A DNA stretch of 63,083 bases, filler included, from Folioceros fuciformis (GCA_049999805.1; 25 parts of 25 records of this genome joined end to end with filler, not necessarily neighbours in it), one strand, 5' to 3'; positions 1 through 13,036 are shown, counted from the whole stretch's first letter. The notes: a model not told the origin generated them from the letters alone. Numbers and translations are program-made.

Positions 1-1023
1 CGGAGGAATCTTCATCCGAGGAAGATGACTCCCTCTTCTTCTTCCCCTTCCTAGGCCTGTTCTTCTTCTTGTCCTTCTCCCTCATTCTCTCCTTCTCCTT
101 CTTGAATCTCCCTTTGCCCCACGGATGAGACTCCTCATAATCGAGGGCTGCCCTCATAGCCCTGTCCACACCTTTTTCTACGAACAATTTCACATGGCCC
201 CCCATCCTTGATCCTAAGCCTCCAGCTAACCACCTAATGGCTTGTAAGTTTGAATGAGGTCCACAGCGATCCCGCAGGCTGTGGAACCTCTCCACATAGG
301 CCTGCAAGGTCTCCTTCCTCCTCCTCCTCAAGGCCTCCAGCTTGGATAGCACATAGCCCTCTACGTCTATCCCCCTGAACCGCTCACAAAAGGCCCTCTT
401 CAACACATCAAAAGTTGCTGGAAATGTACCAACCTTGAGATACTTTCTCCTGTACCACTTGCAGGCCCTCCACGCAGTACACCATAGAACAATTGGATGC
501 GCTGTGCATCCGCTGATTCTTGGTTAGCAAGGGTCAAATGCTCAAACCTCTCCACAAATTCATCCGGGTCCTCATACCCCTTCTTCTCCCCATACAAGGG
601 GTACAATTGCTTGGTGGACATTGCAACAGCTAGGGCTGCCATGGTGCCTGCACTCACCACTGCAGTTGCGGATCCAGCAGCTCCAACAACTGAAGTTGGG
701 CTAATGTTGCAAAATCCTTCAGCCCCTACACTCCTAATCACCTGCACCAGTCTAGGATGAAGACCAAGGAGCAGACTTGGATGAGGCCTCCCCCCAATAG
801 CTAAAAGTTGAGGGTCTTGTTCCAACGTGATTGATTCCCCCAAGATCTGCTGGTTGCTTGCCCCTCTCCTCCTCCTCTCTAGTGTATGCCCTGGCTGTGC
901 CCTCCTTAGCTCCCTCTCCACTGCTCTTTGCTCACTCTCCAATACTTGCTGCTGCCTCCTTACTTGAGCTTGAGCTCCCCCTTCAAAGCTAGAGTTGAAA
1001 TCTTCAGCTCCTATGCGGGGCAT
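1..1023 (-). pseudogene. Ty3/gypsy gag (frameshifted) of a tRNA-Asp-primed element
   Basis: KGYEDPDEFVERFE..RIQLFYGVLRG gag-like motif just downstream of the PBS; homologous copy at 45385-45527. Confidence 0.8.
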
Positions 1024-1098
1024 CCATCAACCCTGCACATTCCCTTGTACAGTCCCCTATCTAGGTCAGTCCTCTCCAAACCTTGACAGCAATGTCAC

Positions 1099-1116
1099 TC
1101 CCCGGCAACGGCGCCA
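1099..1116 (-). promoter_or_regulatory. Primer binding site, tRNA-Asp (TGGCGCCGTTGCCGGGGA)
   Basis: 18-nt complement of the plant tRNA-Asp 3' end, 3 nt from the LTR end CA at 1120. Confidence 0.92.
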
Positions 1117-1119
1117 AAA

Positions 1120-2010
1120 TGTGGAGTGATTTCTTGCACACCCAAGAACCACCAAGGGGCCACACTTCCCCTTATTATCGTTGCAGTCTTATGATTCGCT
1201 CCCAAGGGAGTGAACTAATGTCAAGGTTACCTACATCTCCCTAATTTCACCCTATCTATCAGCATATACCAAGTGCTACAGCAATAGGTTAGAATTCTCG
1301 GTCCTGTCTTTGGCTCCTACCACAACACCAACCCCAGCCTTAACAAAATGAGAACTCCAGCATTGTCTTCAGCCCTTGTTTCCAAGTCCAAGTATCAATC
1401 ACTTCAGTGCTGAGAGGAGGCTCCAGCCCCAAGTCTGGCCTCCAACTCTCAGCAGCTAGTGCTAGCTATCTCCGCAGTTGAACGAGAACCTCAACTTCAG
1501 CTAGCTCCTCACTCCAGCTTCAACACTTCATTCCACCACTTCAGCACTTCACCCCAGCATTTCAGTCCTTCACTTCAGCACTTCAGTCCTTCACTTCAGC
1601 ACTTTACTTCACCCTCCAGTCCCTCACTTCAGCCTCAAGCCCCTCACTTCAGCTCAACTCCTCACTTCAACACTTCCACTTCCAAAATCTGCAACTCAAC
1701 CCTTCTCTTCTGCAATTTGGAACACAATAGCCTTCCCTCTTGCAACCTTCCCTTCAAGGCAGAGGTGAGGCCTAGGGCTGGGTAGCCTCTTTGGCTCACG
1801 GCCCTGCAACCTCACCTCAACCAGCATACAAGGTGGTCAACCATTGCGGATCCGGCCACACGAATCTTGGAAGTCTTGGGATCCTCCACGTTCCCCTAGT
1901 GGTAAGGGAAATCAAGACCTTGGTTTAGCCTCAACCAGCTCAGTGCCCTAAGCCAGGAGTTCCGCACCCAAGGTCCAAGGAAATCACACCGTAGACAGCC
2001 CCCTCCTCAA
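1120..2010 (-). mobile_element. 5' LTR (truncated) of a TGTGG..CCACA gypsy family
   Basis: Abuts the PBS; homologous to the solo LTR at 8395-9520; contains CACTTCA-rich short repeats. Confidence 0.88.
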
Positions 2011-2110
2011 NNNNNNNNNNNNNNNNNNNNNNNNNNNNNNNNNNNNNNNNNNNNTTAATTAATTAANNNNNNNNNNNNNNNNNNNNNNNNNNNNNNNNNN
2101 NNNNNNNNNN
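2011..2110. other. Artificial contig spacer N44-TTAATTAATTAA-N44 (first of 24 identical spacers; last at 61533-61632)
   Basis: Identical 100-bp block with six-frame stops recurs throughout; the sequence on either side is unrelated. Confidence 0.99.
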
Positions 2111-2356
2111 AAATCGGTAGGGGAGGTACTGGGGCCCTTCCAAGTGAAGGAATGGTGCCTACCTATTGATGGGACGTGTGGCCAGATTGGTAGGTACGTG
2201 GTTGGGAGAGTTGACTAGTGTAGGGGAGCGATAGATGTAGCTGACCAGACTCAGAGGGGAGCGATTCCGGGGAGACCTACAACGACCGTGGGATTGATGT
2301 GGCCACGATACATGTGAGCGGGTGCCTGGTAGGGATACCATGCCCGCTTGCCCACA
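2111..2356 (+). mobile_element. 3' end of a long gypsy-type LTR (..GCCCACA) inserted into integrase
   Basis: Closely matches ~40978-41224; interrupts the pol frame at 2357. Confidence 0.75.
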
Positions 2357-4032
2357 ACTATTCATGAGCAAACTTAATGTTCTTTTTGTACCAAAATGTC
2401 CTAACTCTACATGAATCTTTCTTGCCAAACCCATTCTTTCTTCAGGTCTTGGTACCACCCTCATGTTATCCTTAAACAATAACTTATTGTCAACCCATAC
2501 ATATCTCCTACTGCGCTTTGTCACCCAATCATTTTCCTTCACTGTTAACGATTCTTGATTACCACCGTCATCGCCCTCTCTAATGTATTCTTCTTATCCT
2601 CCCACACATCTACTAGCGCCGAAGAAACTCCCAACTCCACCAAATTCACCAGATATGAGCTCGGTGTCCATCTAGACACCACTAGATTACAGTCAACCCC
2701 AACATTCTTCTCAAAATCCTACATGGCAACTGTTGAGTCCTCTGAAGTTCCTAATGGATTCCTTGACAACACATCTGCATTTGCATGTTTCACTCCTACC
2801 CTACGCTCAATAGAAAAATTATACTCTTGCAAAATAAGTGCCCACCTTGCTAACTTTCCTGTCAACTTTTCAGTCTTCATCAACCACTTCAAAGGCTGAT
2901 GATCTATCACCAACTCAAATTGAGCCCCATACAAATAAGGCCTAAAGTCCAATACTACCCATACCGCCGCCAAACATTCCCCATGATATGAGGAATAATT
3001 GCTCTCTGCAAAATTGTTACTCCTGCTTGCATATGCTACCACATGCTCTACCCCACTTTCATCATCCTCCGCCAGCACTGCTCCCAAACCAAGTTTGCTC
3101 CAATCTGTATATAACTTAAACTTTCTGTCAAAATTAGGTCTTGTCAATAAAGGCTTGCTCATCAAAATTTCCTTTATCTCCTTAAATGCTCTCTGCTGAT
3201 CTTCTCCCCAAACCCACACTACATCTTTCTTTAACAACATTGTCATTGGTTTTACCACCACACTATGGTTTGCCACAAAATTGCGATAATAATTCACCAA
3301 TCCTAAAAAAGAATGCACAGTTCCCACATCTGAAGGTGGCATGATTTTTGCTATCGCTTCAACTTTAACATCATATGGTGCCATACCCCTAGGCACTATA
3401 AAATGTCCCAAATATGCTATCTTAGAGGACCCAAACCTGCACTTTTGTGGATGACACGTCAAACCAACCTCTTTTAGTCTATCCAACACTCGCCTAACAT
3501 GCTCCTTATGTTCTTCCACACTGCTACTAAAGATTATTACATCATCTATGTAACATCTAATGAATGACAAACCTCTCAATGCTTGATCCATTGCTCTATG
3601 AAAAGCACTAGGAGCATTCTTCAATCCAAATGGGATTACCACCCATTCCCACAAACATCTATTACCCCAAAAAGCAGTCTTCTTCTTATCCTCCTCCTCA
3701 ATTTCAATTTGATTAAAACAACCCCTCAAATCCAATATTGAAAATATATTACATTCACCAATTGCATCAAAAATTTCCTCTGGAATTGGCATTGGATATC
3801 TATCCATAGGTGTCACCTCATTAAGTGGTCTATAGTCACCACACATCCTCTTTTCTGTCCAATTACCATGCACATCCTTCTTTGGTGGAAGCACCGTAGC
3901 TGCTGCATACTCTGACTCCGAAGATCTTATCAATCCAGCTTCAAGCAACTCTTGACATTTCTTGTCCACAATCTCATTCTCCAATTTACTCAAACAATAT
4001 GGCCTTCTAAAAACCGGTTTAGAAGTTTTAAG
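2357..4032 (-). pseudogene. Ty3/gypsy pol fragment: RT, RNase H, start of integrase
   Basis: RMCGDYRPLN, PFGLKNAP, YIDD, TDWS..GLGAVL, AYASRSNN, DHQPLKWL, H-x3-GHFG motifs. Confidence 0.95.
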
Positions 4033-4232
4033 NNNNNNNNNNNNNNNNNNNNNNNNNNNNNNNNNNNNNNNNNNNNTTAATTAATTAANNNNNNNNNNNN
4101 NNNNNNNNNNNNNNNNNNNNNNNNNNNNNNNNCGACAGTCACTGCCCTAAAGCGCATGAGCCCTTGCTTGGGGGTTCTCGTGCATGGAAATCATGCTGGA
4201 TCCAGAATTTGAAGCCGCTCTTGGTGCTGTCC

Positions 4233-5402
4233 TCATATGAACTTCGATTGGCCGTAATGGATGCGCTCTGCAGGAGCGACAAGCGTATGCGCTTGAACGA
4301 GGAAGCTCTGATAGCCATCACAATGGAACAGTGTCTCAAGCAGTATGCAATTTCTGTGGTGCCATTGCTTTCGCACTGCTAAACCCTGTACACTACTCGC
4401 ACTATGCTCTTGTCTTGGGCAGATGCCTTCGGGTGACTCTACTGGCGCAGCAGACTGTTCGACCACAGTCTCTTCATGGCCATGATCTACCTCAAGCTCA
4501 ACTGTACCGGTCGTATCTTCTTGAGGTGCATTAGCCGGATCCAAGTCAGCTGCAGCAACCACATCCGCCTCAACTGCAGAGGCCACATGTACGTCACCTG
4601 CAGATTCATCTCCTTCCACAGCTTCCTCCAACAGTTTAGTGATGTTCATTGGTTTCATGAAGTCATCACTTTCATCCAAGCCCTTCAAAACCTTCGGTGC
4701 AGAGGTCTCACAACAGCCTTTGTTGGCTCTTCGGCATGTACACTCACAAGCGGATCCCATAGTGTGGGGACATGGAAGAGGAGTTTAACACACACCAGAG
4801 TGCCATCTGCCTCACAACGCTCCACAAAAATGCTGCCTTTACATGTATTCCTGCGTTTGACTTCACGTAGAAGAGCTGACCTAAGGAAAAAACATGTCCC
4901 TTCGGGTACAGACCAGAAGGGCTACAGCCGACAACAAACTTGATTGACACGCACTGCATACCATACGAGAACAATGGGCACAATACTGAGGTAAGCTACT
5001 ACCTGCAATTGTAGGAAATAGCAGCCTTTGCACATTCCGGAGTCAGACCTTGGCCCGTGGACAAATTTGCAGCATTGTTGGGTGCCCTTAGCTCCATCCC
5101 ATTTGCAGCACCACTGCTCAGCACAATGTTCCTCCCCCTTGTCCAGCCTTGCAGCATATGCAGCTCACCTCCCAACATAGTCGCATAACACGGCCCCACG
5201 ACACGGCGATGCAGCAACAACCAGCAGACAAGACATTCCGAAATAGTCACCTTACCTAAGCTTTGCCAAAAACTTCTCTCCTACCTCGGGATCAAATATT
5301 GCCCGCCCGTACTTAATCTCAAAGACGATGCCGCGCAGGGAGAAGCATGATTCAGAGTCCGTCCAGGTGTCTCTGGCTGAAGGCCACAGACGTTTGAGCA
5401 TG
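4233..5402 (-). CDS. Possible spliced gene of unknown function (acidic segment 4233-4760)
   Basis: Open frame MLKRLWP..FLAKL ending at AG|GTAAGG (~5255); pyrimidine-rich TTTTTCCTTAG acceptor (~4881); downstream acidic ORF; no family recognised. Confidence 0.3.
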
Positions 5403-5799
5403 GCGTCTTCAGGGTGACATCCGTCAGCCGTTGTTGTCGTAATTAACGTTAAGCTTCTCGCCTGCGAGGGTCCCGACCCGCTNNNNNNNNNNNNNNNNNN
5501 NNNNNNNNNNNNNNNNNNNNNNNNNNTTAATTAATTAANNNNNNNNNNNNNNNNNNNNNNNNNNNNNNNNNNNNNNNNNNNNCCACTGCTTCTAGCCCTA
5601 GCTAGGGTACGACCTCCATGACTGTTCAGGCCAGCCAGGCAATCAGCCAGCCTAACGTCAGACCCTGACACTGACATACCCATATTCCCATTCCTATGTT
5701 CAAACCCTTATTTTATTATTTAATATTTTTATTATTATTTAATCATTTAATATTATATATATAATTAATATTAAACTAATCACCAGACCTAGACTCAAA

Positions 5800-6010
5800 C
5801 TTTCCCAACCCTATGGCCCGGTACCGGACCTAAACTTTCCCAGGTCTGGGACTAGACCTGTACCCACTCTAATAACCAAACCAACTATTTCCTTGTCAAT
5901 TAACCTAATTAGCACAAAGAAAAATAGGAAATATGACCAGGAAATAAAGAAAAATTAGGGAAAAGAAGTAGAAAAAGAAAACCAAACCATACCATACCAC
6001 TATTAACCCT
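5800..6010. repeat. Dispersed repeat, reverse complement of ~41829-42019
   Basis: About 190 bp of clear similarity between two contigs. Confidence 0.75.
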
Positions 6011-7376
6011 TTTTCAACCAAAACAAACTACTACCCCAAACTTTGGAGGTTCACACTCGTTCATTCAAAACCAGTGTTTTGGAAAAATCGCACTTAGTGA
6101 ACTGTCGTAGCACAATCCTAGTCTCCCCAACGCCCATGGGCGCAGCCTGGCCAGATTGGCTAACTCAAAACACCAGCAGACCCACAAATCCGCTCCGGTC
6201 TCTAGCAATTACCACATGAAGCCCGCCACTTGCTGGCGCCGCCACAAGAGCCATGAGTCTGCAACTCCTCACTGGAAGGTCGCGGCCCCTTGCCCAGCTC
6301 GGACACTTAGCGTTAGACCCAGCTTGCACTCACACTACATCGTCACTCGCACCATACGATCATAGCCCCAGCTCGGTGAGTCTCCCCGATGACCTCGGTC
6401 CACAGCTCGCACTACATTGATTCCACGCACAAGCTCCAAGCTTGGCTTTGTGATTTGCTTAGCATCTCGTGTCGTGCAACCCCGCAGCTAGCAAACATTG
6501 GGTGAGGGTTTGCAAAGGAACCGCCACGCCCTCGACATCGCAACTCCATTCCAGCATCGCCCACAAACAGCGATCACTGTGTTGGGCTCACGATTTGAGC
6601 CCCCTCCTCCCGGCTACAGTCCACCGGTCCCGTCCTTGCAATCAGGTTTGCCCTCAACACATCGACTTAGCAAATCAGACTCTGTGGGTTGTAGTATGTC
6701 CTCGGCCTAGCATTAACACGACACACTTGGACCACACACGACATGACTCTTACAACTTGCTCCGATTCATGAGAAGTCACAAAGCATAGCACATGTCCCT
6801 TAGCCAGCTACACGGGAAGGTCCAAGCTGCACACCGCAGCAGGCTACTACATGAGAACTTCTGACAATTTCCTAGCTAAGCACCACAATTTGGTACTCAT
6901 CTGTGCTGCTCTTACTTCTAGTTGTTGCCCGTGATCTCTCTCCAAACCGTGGGCGCCATGCCGCCCACGCTCGCAACCTCACAGCCATCTCGCACAATGG
7001 TGCTCAAGCTGCCCAATCGCTCACGTTCGCCATCGTCCAGCACCACATGTTTGCCCTTCACGCCTCACTCCTGAGCCCTAAACGAACCCACATGTTTCAT
7101 GCTGGCTAATTTGACTGATTATCTAATAATTAGCTTAAGTACCAAGGTTAGTTAATTACCTAGCCTATTTGACCAACATAGCTTGACAAGTGTCGTGCTA
7201 AAACAGTTTTAGCTAAACGCGCCATTGACATTAGGCAACCAACATTGTATGTAAACAAGAAACCTAATCTCTCACTCTCTGAGAAGGTTGCCGTGAACAT
7301 GAGTGTAAGGCAGATGAGAAAATAAGCAGGGATGAACGGGATCCTAGTAAGTCCTTATCTCCCCCCCAGTGTGGTG

Positions 7377-10300
7377 CTACAAGCCACCAAAACTGCAGGC
7401 AAGCTCTATCAGATGCCAAAGAAAAGTCCAAGAGTTCACCTGATCAGCTGTTATTGGTGTCTCTAGGTTGCAAAGAGGACAATACCACAAATTCTCGGGC
7501 ACCTCAATCAGTGGTGGCTGAAGACAAAATAGGTGGTAGCCTCCATTACAGCCATCACACAACAACATGAGCTCTTGATCATCAATCCTCCTGCACACGT
7601 GACATGGATAATCAGCCAAAGGGACCCAATTTACTGTGACCAGCGTGGGGTCCAAGTTGGGTAGATGGCATGGGGCACAGTTTTTCATGTGGTCTATTGT
7701 AACCCACCCATCAGACCCTTCCAGTAGCAACCCTCCATTCCTACGGACCTCTCACACACATAACACATGCCTGCTGGTGCTAGGCTCCAAAATGTCTTGT
7801 GCTTGTCGCTGTAGATAGATATAGTCAGATATTTTCTAACCTTAGGATGGAAGCTCCCACTCCTAGTATGAGCATACCTGAGTGTGTCATGATGCTTAGC
7901 TATCTTGAGATTGGCCATAGCCATAGGCACGTTCTTCAATAGCCTTGGCCCAAGCTGCTGGGTTATCCAACCTTAGCACCTCTTGCATCTGGCAAGCAAT
8001 GGCCATAGGTGGCACTGGCTCTCTCCCAAACAACAGGAAGAAGGTGAGAAGTTGGCCAATGAGGCATGCTTGCTCATCTTGTAGCCCATAGCAATGTATG
8101 GCAAAGCCAAGTCCCAATTTGTCTTGGACTTGGCGAAACACAGCTTCCTCAACGCCTGTTTGATGGTTTGCACCATCCTCTCAGCAATGCACCATCCTCT
8201 CAGTAAACCCGTCTGCTTGTGGGTGATCATGGCTTATGCACCGATGGTCCCTAAGTGCATAATCTAGTAGATCCTGAAACTCACCTCTGAATTCAGCTCC
8301 CTAGTCTATGAGGCACTCAGCACTGCTTCCAAACCTGCTAGGCACATTATGCAGAAATGCTTGTGATGTGCTTCGTGATGTCTTGTTTGGAAGTTGTGGA
8401 GTGATTTCTTGCACCCAAGAACCACCAAAGGGAGACACATCCCCTTATTATCATTGCAGTGCTATGATTCGCTCCCAAGGGAGTGAACTAGTGTCAAGGT
8501 TTTCTACAATCTTCCCACATTGCCCTAATCTAACCCTATCTATCAGCCGGCTCCTAGCCCTAGCCTCACTACAGCAAAAAAAATCAAAATCCTTAGCCCT
8601 GTCTTCAACGCCAACCACAACTCCAGCTGAATGAGAACTCCAACATCATCTTCAGCTCCCACTTACAGCTCCAAGTATCAGCCGCCTCAGCAACTGAGAG
8701 GAGGTCCCAGCCCTAGCCTTGGCCTCCACTCTCAACCCTAAATGCTAGCCACCTTAGCAGCTGATTGAGAACTTTAGCACCTAAGCTCCTCACCTCAGCA
8801 CACCAACTCCACACTCCAGCACTTCAGCTTTTCAACCCTTCATCCCTTCACCCTCGCGGTTCACTCCTAGATTTTGGAACACAACAGCCCTCACTTGCAG
8901 TCCTTGAGGCAGGGATGTGCAAATCCATGCTGCATAGCCTCCTTGGCTCACAGCCCTGCAATCCGTCACCTTGGAAACCCCATAGGGACGTCAAGGTACC
9001 CCAACCACCCAACCAGCATGTAAGAAAGGTCAGCCCTTGCGGATCTAGCCACCCAGATCTCAGCAATTTTGGGAGCCGCCACGTTCCCCTAGTGGCATGG
9101 GGAATCAAGGCCGAGATGCATCTGCACACTGGATTAACCCTCTAACCCAACAACCTGCACACAAGGTCAAGGGCGCTCTCACCAAAAAAACCTCTCCCCT
9201 TAATGACAAGCGCAGCCCATACACAAGGTCAAGGGAGCTCTCACCAAAAAAACCTTTCCCCTCAATAACAGGCCTGGCCTCTTATACTCCCTTGGCCCGT
9301 AACCCCTGTCACTGCCTAACCAGGTATCAGCACACCTTAGATAAAACCCTCCACTCGTGAAAACCCTAAACCTAAGTCCAACCTAATCCTAACCCTAACT
9401 CTGATCTAACTCTAATCTAACCGAATCTTCTAACCTTTCCTCTACAACACTCACTCATAGATCCAAAAAAAAAGGGAACCCATCATTTCCCAGGGGTCTA
9501 TTCAGCATGTGGATTCCACAGAAGTGCAATCAGCTCCACCCATAACCATGATGTAGACATTGCCACATGGTGTGCGTGGAAATTCCCCAGCCAAGTCACA
9601 GGACCATTTAAAGAAGAGTCCCATGATAGGCAACGGTTGTACTCTGAATGAGGGTTGCTAAAAGAAGCCTTGACCCTGTCACATTGAGCACATCTAGCCA
9701 CTCCTCGCGCACTTGAGTGAACATGCCATGCCAGTGAAAATGTGGAAGGAGTAGACTATAGGTGCACTTCACTCCAAAATGGCCTAGATCTTCATGCACT
9801 ATGTGTATAAGCCCTGCACGATCCTGTGGTGGAGACACCAAACGTTCAGCCCCGTTGGCCAGCCTCCTCAGTAGGTACCCATCCCTCCATTCGTAACGAG
9901 CTGCTCTCTACTGCACTCTCTCTTGCTAATGTGGGTCCAAGCTAGCATCCATTTGCCTAGTCTTCACATACTGCAGTGTGGCTTCGTCACTCCACACATC
10001 CTTGTGGGGCTGAAAATGGTTGTTAGCACAATCATGTACCACACAAAGCATAGTCACCGAAGTTGCAACACTAGGAGTTCCTCCATGTCACCTTGCTACT
10101 CTGTCCAGGGTTGCGTGACAACACATCTACATTCTGGTGCTTGGTTCCAGGCCAAAGTACCACCTCAAACTCATAGTCCTGAAGAATCATTGCCCACATT
10201 GCAAGTTTCCCTCTAAGCTTCGTGTTAGACATCAACCATTTCAAGGGCTAATGGTATGTTACCAAGGTAAAAATTTGCCCATATAGATAAGGATGAAAAT

Positions 10301-10463
10301 GGCAGATAGCCCACACAGCTGCAAGCAACTCGCCTTCTTACCTGAAGTAATTTGCTTCTGGCCTGTTGTTGCTTCTTGAAGCATAAGCAATGACCCTCTC
10401 TTGGCCTCCAGCATCCACTTGTGCTAGCACAGCTCCCAGCCCCAAAGTGCTCTAGTCTGTATG
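7377..10463 (-). pseudogene. Ty3/gypsy RNase H-integrase with C-terminal PHD finger; degenerate, interrupted by a solo LTR
   Basis: GLGAVLAQ..AYASRSNN; HEDLGHFG..CAQC zinc motif; AERMVQTIKQAL; C4HC3 PHD at 7470-7604; G7AGA polypurine tract at 7358-7367. Confidence 0.9.
8395..9520 (-). mobile_element. Complete solo LTR (1126 bp), TGTGGA..TCCACA, 5-bp TSD GAAGT
   Basis: GAAGT at 8390-8394 and 9521-9525; removing it restores integrase WVELIALPNKTSRS. Confidence 0.95.
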
Positions 10464-10755
10464 TGTAGGGTTATTAAAGCCCAAAATGTGCTTAGACTAA
10501 TGTGTTTAGTCCAAGATTAGTGTCTAGTTAAGTATAATTTGTTTAGATTAGCTTAAGCTAATTTTTAAGAAGCTTCTTGCACAACTTCCTTTGAGCCTCT
10601 TGTGAAGCTTCCTTGGGAGCTCTTCTATAGGGTATAAATACCCTCTTGAGCTCCCTTGCAATATAAAGAGTGTGAGAGACCTTTCTTTCCCCTCTCCTCC
10701 TTCATTATGTGGCTCCCCTCCTCCCCCTAGTGATCCTTTCAACTGGTATCAGAGC
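10464..10755 (+). mobile_element. Copia family A 5' LTR (10464-10741) + tRNA-iMet PBS (10744-10755)
   Basis: TGTAGGGTTATTAAAGCCC..CA, TATAAATA, TGGTATCAGAGC; six copies in the window. Confidence 0.93.
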
Positions 10756-10967
10756 TTGGTTGTGGAGCAAGATCGTGATGTCTATAGGTGCTGCAAACAA
10801 GGTGCACAAAGGTGTGAGGAAGGCTTTGAAGTGAGAGCAGCATCCTAGGGGCCCGTGTGCGGCAACCCTACTGCCCGGGGTGTAGGGGGCTCCAGCCCCA
10901 CCATGCTCAGGCGTAGGCCGCGGTAGCGGCAGTGCAGGGCACCTAGGAGAGCGCCGCCGCGCCACCT

Positions 10968-11153
10968 TGTAATGGAATATAGCTTATTTGAACAAAATGT
11001 GTTAAAACATAATAGTGATTTAAGTCACAATTAGAATTAGGTTTAGATTTATTATTAATTGATTAATAACCGTTTTTCTTGTATAAGACACCTTTTCGTG
11101 CGTTAGTTGAACATTCTGACGACTCCAACTTGCTCTCGCCTCCCTTGCTTACA
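10968..11153. mobile_element. Short LTR, TGTAA..TTACA (186 bp), probably the 3' LTR of a minus-strand element
   Basis: 5-bp inverted termini, abrupt GC-to-AT shift, AGGAAGA purine run adjacent on the minus strand, no TSD. Confidence 0.55.
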
Positions 11154-11200
11154 TCTTCCTAGATCATCACATATGTGATCCTAGGCCATAAATTCTTTAT

Positions 11201-11497
11201 TGTTGAGTTATCGAGCTCTATATAAGCTAAACTCATGTGTGTTACTTATCCTGATTAGGTTCATACTATACTAGTTATAGTTATCAGTGAACTTAGGATA
11301 GTGTAGATTATCCCATATTGAACCTGGAAGTTGTGTAAACCTAAATGTACTACTTAAATGAGGACCTCGGACCTCCATAGTAACACAATGGTGATGTGTA
11401 TCGTTTTTGGTTGTAACCACCAATACCACCGTGTCTTCTCTCCTCTCCTACACTTGCACATAGACTGGAGTCGATCCTATTGACATGGTATCAGAGC
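11201..11497 (+). mobile_element. Copia family B 5' LTR (11201-11485) + tRNA-iMet PBS
   Basis: TGTTGAGTTATCG..ATTGACA directly followed by TGGTATCAGAGC; copies at 48261, 56703, 60350. Confidence 0.93.
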
Positions 11498-12091
11498 TTT
11501 AGAGCCAGATTGGTAGCCGTAGCCCAGAGCTGGAGAGCCAGGCGGCTACACCTGAAGGCGGTGTAAGATCGTCGTGCTGCAAGAGGCAACAAGAGTGCAC
11601 ACCAGGAGCTGGAGCAGCTACGAGGAGTTGGAGCAGCTTAGAGGGAGATCGGTAGCAAGCGTCCCGGCAGCTAACTCTCATATCGGTGTGTGCAGGCAGT
11701 GAGGAGAAGGGCGACAAGGCCTTGTCAGCTTACTATTCAAGCTATTGATCCCCGGAGCTCTATGGAAGGGCTGACAAGTGGAGGCAATAGCTGCAGTAGC
11801 CTCAGCAGCTGCAAGAAAGTGTGCTAACCCTAGCTTGGTAGCAGGGAAGGAATTGATAGGAAATCTCACGGGAGCTTTGTGGGTAGACCGTCAAGAGTTT
11901 GTAAGGACACGGAGCATGAGACAATTTGGTTCATGCAAGGCAGCGTGATTCTACACTAGATTGCTCTTAGGAAGAAGAGACTTAAGGTCTTGTGAGTAAA
12001 ACTCCAGTCAGAAGCAGTCTCTTTCTTCTAGACATTTATTGGGTGTGAGTACTCAAGAAGGATTGAGTGTCAATCTTGAGTGGTGGCAAGA

Positions 12092-12506
12092 ATGGCCAGT
12101 GACAGTATTAACCAGATCGTGCACGAGAAGCTAGACAAAAACAACTTCCATGCCTTGAAGTTTTGTTTTACAAACTTTCTTATGGGAAAGGGTTATTGGG
12201 ACTACATTGAGGGGGAGTATGAAAAACCCCTTGTAGTACTTGAACGGAATGCAATAGTGGAGCAGATTAAGGCGCTGAAGGATTTGAGTCAAGGATCTCG
12301 GAAGGTCATGTATTGGTTGTCAATCAACATTCATGACACCATGATTGGGCACATATAGGATGCAAAGTCGCCCAAAGAAGCATGGGATGAGTTGGTCAGA
12401 CTCTATGAGACCAACATGAAGGCGAGGAAACTGCAGTTGAAGAATGACTTCAACATAGTTATGAAGAAGAACTTATCAATCAATGAGTACGCGTTAAAGA
12501 TCAAAG
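12092..12506 (+). pseudogene. Copia family B gag N-terminus
   Basis: EKLDKNNF..FLMGKGYWDYIEG..KEAWDEL; premature TAG at 12356. Confidence 0.88.
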
Positions 12507-13036
12507 NNNNNNNNNNNNNNNNNNNNNNNNNNNNNNNNNNNNNNNNNNNNTTAATTAATTAANNNNNNNNNNNNNNNNNNNNNNNNNNNNNNNNNNNNNN
12601 NNNNNNCGGCCAGGATTCGAAGGGGCGCGACTAAGCTCACACCTCTTTGCTTGATACTCTTGCATTGATTGCTATTCATCCATCCCGTGGGCGTCTATTC
12701 ACATGTCAAGGACAAGTTGGTTAGGTGCAAACTCTAATGATTAGTTTTCTTTAGTTTTCTGAAACAACACCATTTTTAGGGTTACTTCCAACGCAACCTT
12801 TCACTAGTGCATGAAAGGAAGTTGAGGAGTTTCAACACAACGAGGGCATGTTGGGTGTAGCATTTCCCACCTCCTGTTGAACCCCCTTCCCTGCGAAGGG
12901 CTAGTTAGCTTTTTTTCAAACTTCAAAGATGCGATTTCTTATCTGTGAGTCAAGGACCGCCAGGTAGTTGTATATGCCCTCTTACGTCTTTGACATTGAC
13001 GACTATTTCTCCTCGTTGTTTTCCTCTTCACCCCTG

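Noticed and set aside
1459-1785. Ser/His/Phe-rich 108-aa ORF
   Set aside because: Translation of CACTTCA repeats on the antisense strand of an LTR
2055-2066. Recurrent TTAATTAATTAA palindrome as a biological repeat or site
   Set aside because: Always flanked by 44 Ns on each side, so it is an artificial linker. ORFs ending in XXXX-N/LIN and any synteny across it are artefacts.
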